DNA of 63,170 nt, filler included, from Globobulimina sp. (taxonomy: Eukaryota): assembly GCA_003354225.1 (NCBI GenBank). It is 29 parts of 29 records of this genome, joined end to end, with 100 filler letters (N's around TTAATTAATTAA, not from the genome) between each part and the next. Parts side by side here need not be neighbours in the genome. Positions count along the whole stretch, not along the records: positions 56,731 to 58,810 come from PIVH01009160.1; positions 58,911 to 60,990 come from PIVH01009161.1; positions 61,091 to 63,170 come from PIVH01009162.1; 26 more parts are not named here. One strand, given 5' to 3'. Below the pieces are notes generated by a model. It was given only the letters and a program-made list of their open reading frames with translations. It was not told where the DNA came from and did no database searches. Numbering within the stretch: position 1 is the stretch's first letter; the number at the start of each line of letters is the position of its first letter. Made by a program: the position numbers and the translations under genes. Shown piece after piece: positions 57,113 through 63,170 of this stretch.

Positions 57113-58536
57113 ATGCCAAAGAGAAACAGGAAAGGACGCAAGCAGACAAAACATGCCCATAAAAAGCACAAAACGAATCAAGCATCAAATCAACAAAACT
57201 TGATCGATATCCTACATCAGGTATCGTTATAATAAATTCATCATCGTATAATTCGTATTTTTGATGATATATCAAATTAATTATTTGCTCCCATTATGGA
57301 CAGACTATCATTGTTTATAACGCAGGAGATAAGAATGTAAATGGTGTCTATCAACACAAATGTTTGGAAGAAGATTATTTTGAGAGAATTGGCTCGATTC
57401 AATCCTACAAACATTCAAATCTCATGCAACAAAAAACAAACAATACCTCAAATAATATTGAACCTAAACAAGAAACAAAACAACCACAAAATACTGACGA
57501 TAAACATACAGAAACTCCGTCTAAATCCGTGGGTAAATTTGAAATAGATCGCCATGAATATTTGAAAAACGCAGATGACATTCCCGATGCAGCAATAAAT
57601 AAATCGGGAGCATGGATAATTTCACGTGTTGACGTCCACCCAAAACAACTGTTGTATGCCGTTAATTGTCCATTTAAACAGAAAATAAAAACAAACGGAT
57701 GGATTGTATTAAAAGACGGATCCAATCCAGCTCCAAAGATAAAACTATTTGAAACAAAGCAAGTAGGAAACGATGAAGATAACGATGTGGATATGGATAG
57801 AAAGCAAAAAAAGAAGAAAGCAGCAGATAATATACATGATGCAATAAAAGAGATACGTAATGACCATCGCAATGCAAATAAATTGAATAAAATGCAGTTA
57901 AAAGCACTGCAGAGTGCAACGAATAAAAAGAATAAAAAAAATGGCAATAAATTAATGATTGTATCAGGTGGACAAAGCGGGGTTGATAGGGCTGCTTTGG
58001 ATGTCGCAAAAACATTAAATATTGCGTATAGTGGCTGGATACCGAAAGGGAGAAAGTGTGAGGATGGAGTTATTGATGAGGTTAAATATGGGAATTTAAA
58101 GGAATGTGATTCTGAGGAATATGCGGTGCGGACATTGTTGAATGTGGTGGATAGCGATGCCACATTGATATTGAATATGGGCAAATTAGAGGGAGGCACA
58201 TTATGTACAAAGAAATATGTGTCGCAGAAAAATAAAGATTTAATGTATATTACATTGTTTCCAAAGGAAGATAAGGATGATACTAATGAAGAAGAAAAAA
58301 AAATAAATAACAATGAGGATGATAGGGATGAGTATGTATTGAATTTAGGGTTTTCAGATGGCAGAGCACAGCGAGTGAGTGAATGGATACGCTGTAAAAA
58401 TATAAAGGTATTGAATGTTGGTGGACCGCGAGAGAGTGAAAGGAAGGGAATTTATAATGAGAGTGTTGAATTTTTAACCAAGGTATTGAAGAATTTTAAG
58501 AATGGTAATATTCCACGTAAATGTCTGTTTGGATGA
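57113..58536 (+). CDS. Protein with C-terminal circularly permuted YpsA SLOG (putative molybdenum carrier) domain
   Basis: Intron 57221-57303. IVSGGQSGVDRAALD, GWIPKGR.CEDG, RT..NV.DSDATL, GGT and LNVGGPRES. Confidence 0.85.
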
Positions 58537-58910
58537 ATTGTATATAACTTAGATTAAACTAAATCTGTTTTCAGAAACGGTCTAAATATCGGATCATTAA
58601 AATAAACTGTTTTTAATCTATAGAAAAAAATCAAAAAACTTTGTGCTGTGCACGCAAAATATAAATTTTGTTTATTATGAATCCTCAGTGAGAGCATCCA
58701 AGTAATCCCTTTCTAAAACACCTAAAGATTCTCTTCCTTCTTTAAATTCTTTCTCTTCCAACCCTTCACAAACATAATGATGAACATATGCTCTTTGTGA
58801 ATATAACAAANNNNNNNNNNNNNNNNNNNNNNNNNNNNNNNNNNNNNNNNNNNNTTAATTAATTAANNNNNNNNNNNNNNNNNNNNNNNNNNNNNNNNNN
58901 NNNNNNNNNN

Positions 58911-59410
58911 TGATAATTAGAATTCCGTCCGACAGCATATAATTTATTCTCATTTGAAATACAAAATGAATGTTCTGATAGGTTTGGTGCTGAAAATATA
59001 TTTTGTATTTCCATATCTTTTATTTGATGCCATATATTAATATTATTATAATGTCCAACACCTAATACACCCTTTTTATTATTACCACAACATTCATAGG
59101 TTTGATCATCAAATAAAATGTATGCTGCTACACTCCAAACACCACCACAAGTAACAATATTTTTTATTTTGTTTTTAAATGTTTTTATTTTTGTGATTTT
59201 TTTAATATCATCATTTCCTCCATTTCCTTGTTGCCCATATTTGTTGTTACCGATAGAATATAAATCAAAGTTTGTGTATGTTGTATAATGGAATGTATTG
59301 ATGATACTAATAATATCCGCATGGATGTATTGATATTTATATTTTCTGACATATCCACTCACTAATAATTGGGATCGTCTTTTCCTTGTAAAGATTACAT
59401 ATTTTGACAT
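58911..59410 (-). CDS. RCC1-repeat protein, 3'-truncated
   Basis: Close paralog of 25629-26096. Confidence 0.8.
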
Positions 59411-59524
59411 GATCAAACAGCGTTGCAGCAAAACCCAAAAACTTTGCTAATCGTTCAAACGAAACTATTGTACAAGTGCACAATATAGAAACGAAATTAA
59501 AGGTGCATAATTATTGAATTATAT

Positions 59525-60501
59525 TCATTGACTTGTAATGGCTGTAAAGTCTATTCCGACATCAACTTGATTGAGTTCATTCTTGTCCTCTTCTGACACC
59601 AATGGCGTTGATACTTCCTCCTGCTTTGTAGCAAATTTATCTTCCTCAATTTCTAGAGTTAACCCAACCGAAGAAGCATTCTGCGATTTATCCAATTCCA
59701 TTTTCTTTTGTTTCCATTTATAAACATAATAAATTATCGCACAGAGACAAAGCAAAATAAACGCTCCAACAATGGTCCATAATATAGCTGAGGCTGTAGC
59801 AGACATTTTATTTTTTTTATCAGAGTCAGAGGCACCATGCTGTACACCACCTGGACCTGGCACAACATTGGGATTATTTACATTTGTTTCTGTAGGCTCA
59901 CACCATGTATTTTCATCAAATGTTAGTGCTGCCAGCGATGCGTAATTGGTCTCTTCAGTGTATACAAACCAATGTGTGCAATTATAAAAATGTTGCATAG
60001 AATCGTCCAACCAATCTAACGTACCATCGGCTGCATTCATACCATCAATGAAAATCATAGAGTCAGCCTCATCCAAGGCGGGACAAAATAATTTCGGAGT
60101 GCCTTCACAGCCCAAAATCCCGTCTGGTGATTTAACAGTCAATTGTTCCACTTGTGAGGTATATATTGCTTCGTTATCACATCTGTATAATCCGAATGCT
60201 TTATACATATTTAGTCCCATGTTATCATCAAAATACACTACATATACATCTCCGGATAGCGTTTTTTGTATCCATATTGAATGGGATTCCCAATCAATAT
60301 ATTTGGTGTAATTCTGTTGGGTTTTTTATGTTTTTTCTGTTCATTTGAATATTGAATGAATTGTTATTTAACTCCTTTAACCACAGACGATGATGAATCA
60401 ACACATCCATATGTAACTTCTAGATTTGTTGGGTCTACTGTGGTGGTTTGAGAGTGCCCTATTATTGTAAACACTGCTATGACGACGGTATTTAGTATCA
60501 T
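59525..60501 (-). CDS. Single-pass type I membrane protein (2 exons)
   Basis: Signal-peptide exon from 60501, then ectodomain, one TM helix and a KWKQKK stop-transfer. Confidence 0.65.
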
Positions 60502-60544
60502 TTGTTTTTATGATCGAAGCTAAGTTTTTTAAATTTTAATTATG

Positions 60545-60990
60545 TCACCAAAAGAATTTAACAAATTCCGCCATGATATCCAATGGAATTGTTTGTTGCA
60601 AACCAATTCGTTGCACTGATTCCTTTATAAACCCATAAACTAAGCATTGATAATGTTTTTGCAAGAAATGGATATATGGCTCTTTATACCACTCATCGAT
60701 ATCAATATTGCTCTTTATATTGCTCTCTTGTAACCATCCATCCCACCAAAACCAGTCATCTCTGTTTGCAATCATATATATCAAATATGGTTTGTACTGC
60801 GTCATCATATCAGTTATTCCTCTCATGCACTCCCAAGTGAATGGCTGATGCTGTATTCTATAACATGATATAAAATGAAATATTGCTTTATTTTTATGTA
60901 TTTCTTCCAATCTATACTGTTGCTGCTCATCTTCAATCATAATGAATTGATGCATGATGGCTAAGAAAATTTTAACCTGATCAGCTCCCG
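60545..60990 (-). CDS. Hypothetical protein, C-terminal fragment
   Basis: Ends in LVYGFIKE...IPLDIMAEFVKFF, a motif that recurs in other genes of this window. Confidence 0.5.
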
Positions 60991-61090
60991 NNNNNNNNNN
61001 NNNNNNNNNNNNNNNNNNNNNNNNNNNNNNNNNNTTAATTAATTAANNNNNNNNNNNNNNNNNNNNNNNNNNNNNNNNNNNNNNNNNNNN

Positions 61091-61629
61091 TCATCTTTTG
61101 AGTCAGTGATAAATGCATTGTGTGACTCAAATATTGAGACAATTCCCTGAACGTTACAATCCTGGATGGCTTTTACCTGCATATCATATTATTAATTTTA
61201 AATGAAGTTAATCAGATCATGTGATGTATAAATAACTTGATATTCTCGGGGAACATTCTTAACGATATTTCGAATGGCAACCCAGAGGCCATGAAATGTG
61301 AGGGAATTATCTTCATTTAAAACTTGCTTCAAGATATCATAATATTTGAATAAAGTATCTATTCTTGGCATACTTCCCCTGAATGTGTCCATTGCCTTGA
61401 TATCATCACGATGTTTGATTGCAACATAAGCAAATTGCAATAAACAACGTAAATAATTTTGACACTTTAATATCAATAAGTTTGTATGTAATCAGCAATG
61501 AATGTCTGGATAGGGTTTAATTTGAGAAATTAAACATACATTTTGCAGTTCAATGATGGGTTCATTCAATTTTTGTCGTTTTGCCGGAGGCTCAGAATCT
61601 AGCAAGTGAGTGGCATTTCTTTTCGACAT
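61091..61629 (-). CDS. Hypothetical multi-exon protein, 3'-truncated
   Basis: ATG 61629 MSKRNAT...PPAKRQKL (NLS-like), followed by introns. Confidence 0.45.
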
Positions 61630-61678
61630 TGAAAAAGTATAGTTAGCTACTCCAAAAACAAAAACATTAAACTGCATA

Positions 61679-63170
61679 ATGGCAACAAACATACCGTTCG
61701 TAGATTTCGAAAACCAAATAACACCATACAGCAAACCATGGTACGCACCATTTCGTGCACAGTGTGAAAAATTTCTAAAGGATATAATTTCTCCAAACAT
61801 TAACAAATGGGAAAAACAAGGGTCATTACCAAAATGGGTATATACCAAAGCGTATGAATATGGCGTCTACACTCCAGATTATCCAAATAAACACGGTGGC
61901 CAAGCCTGGCAAAATCATAAATGGGATTATTTCATGGACATAATTCGTACGGATGTATTTGCCAAAGCAGGTTCTGGCGGTCTATTCACCTCATTATACG
62001 TGCATAAAATATCCGTACCCCCGGTCTTATATTTTGGCAGCGATGAACAAAAAGAATTATTTATCCCAGTACTGCAAGGAAAGAAAATTGCTGCATTAGC
62101 AATATCCGAACCAGGTAAGAAAAATGACACATGCATAACATTTATTTTTACACACAAAAAACACCGAAAACACTACGATAGGGCATGGTTCCGATGTGGC
62201 CGGAATAAAAACAACGGCCAAATTGAAAACAGACGCAAGCGGACAATATTACACCGTCAACGGCATGAAAAAATGGATCAGCAACGGCATGAAAGCAGAT
62301 TACTATGTCACTGCAGTACGTACGGGCGGTGCGGGAGTGGCTGGTGTCTCATTATTGATCATACCAAACATACCCGGCCAAGTTATAACTTCCCGTATTC
62401 AGACGCAAGGGCATAAAATATCTGAAACCACCATGATAATATTCCGTAATGTGCGAGTGCCAAAATCGTACTTAATTGGTGTGGAAAATGAAGGCTTCAA
62501 GTTAATAATGTTCAATTTTAACAGCGAGCGATTAGGCATAACCATGGCGGCCAATGGGTTGGCAAAATGTGCTTTCATCGAAGCCTTACAATATGCTCAG
62601 AAACGGCAGACGTTTAAACGTGCTCTGATAAAACACCAAGTGATTCGCCATAAACTGGCGGAGTGTGGTCGCAGAATCCTAGCGACGCAATACTTTGTGG
62701 AGAAGCTGGCGTACGAACTGACCAATGATCGGCTAGCGCAGCAAAACAGTACGTTAGCAGCCAATATTTGTTTATGCAAAGTGGACGCGACGCGGACGAT
62801 GGAATTCGTGGCGAGAGAAGCCTCGCAAATATTAGGTGGTGCGAGTTATGTGTTGGGCGGCAAGAAAGTGGAGCGAATCTATCGCGATGTGCGCGCTTTA
62901 GCTATCTATGGAGGCTCAGAAGAGATTATGTTGGATGTGTCGCTACGGTTAGCATTGAAGTCGTCGCATAGCAATGCTGATAACTTACCGTATGCTGATT
63001 GGCAAAATCATCTCTCGACTCCCAAATATTACAGCGAAAACCACCATAAATTCCGGGCCATAATGAGTGACTATGTGGAGAAGGAGATCTTGCCAAACAT
63101 AGATAAATGGGAAAGGAATTGGAGTATGGACCGAAGCGCATATCGAATTGCATATAAATACGGGGTCTAC
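61679..63170 (+). CDS. Acyl-CoA dehydrogenase continuing into a second ACAD unit, 3'-truncated
   Basis: LAISEP/GHGSDVAG across intron 62115-62181, NGMKKWISNG, R.TF, QILGG and IYGGSEEIM. No stop before the contig end. Confidence 0.92.

Noticed and set aside
62115-62416. C-terminal extension of ORF 61679-62416
   Set aside because: Read-through of the 67-nt intron. The real ACAD continues in another frame.

Overview
This window is not one locus. It is 29 unrelated ~2.08 kb contigs (lengths falling from 2084 to 2080 nt) joined by an artificial 100-nt linker (44 N + TTAATTAATTAA + 44 N), so adjacency across linkers has no biological meaning. Most contigs are AT-rich eukaryotic DNA with short GT-AG introns (mostly 34-83 nt). 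Their gene families suggest a foraminiferan/rhizarian protist (inference): P1B Cu-ATPase, DRG1, EHD, GNL3/Nug1, WD40-TPR, BioF-like, DUSP, SET, RCC1, Kelch, MATH, patatin, acyl-CoA dehydrogenase and several 7TM proteins. Non-host or mobile material includes two Polinton/adintovirus-like virus fragments, one contractile-tail phage fragment, a gag-like ORF, several MITEs and a foldback element. Most notable: (1) both Polinton-like major capsid genes are interrupted by short spliceosomal introns, at different positions; (2) a 2-kb element with 92-bp TIRs and a TTGA duplication encloses a truncated, frameshifted, intron-retaining GNL3/Nug1 gene; (3) a spliced MHYT sensor domain is fused to a 7TM-like region; (4) a spliced cpYpsA-SLOG gene; (5) a tandem double acyl-CoA dehydrogenase; (6) a phage tail-chaperone -1 frameshift. 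All family calls come from motif recognition by eye, without database searches.
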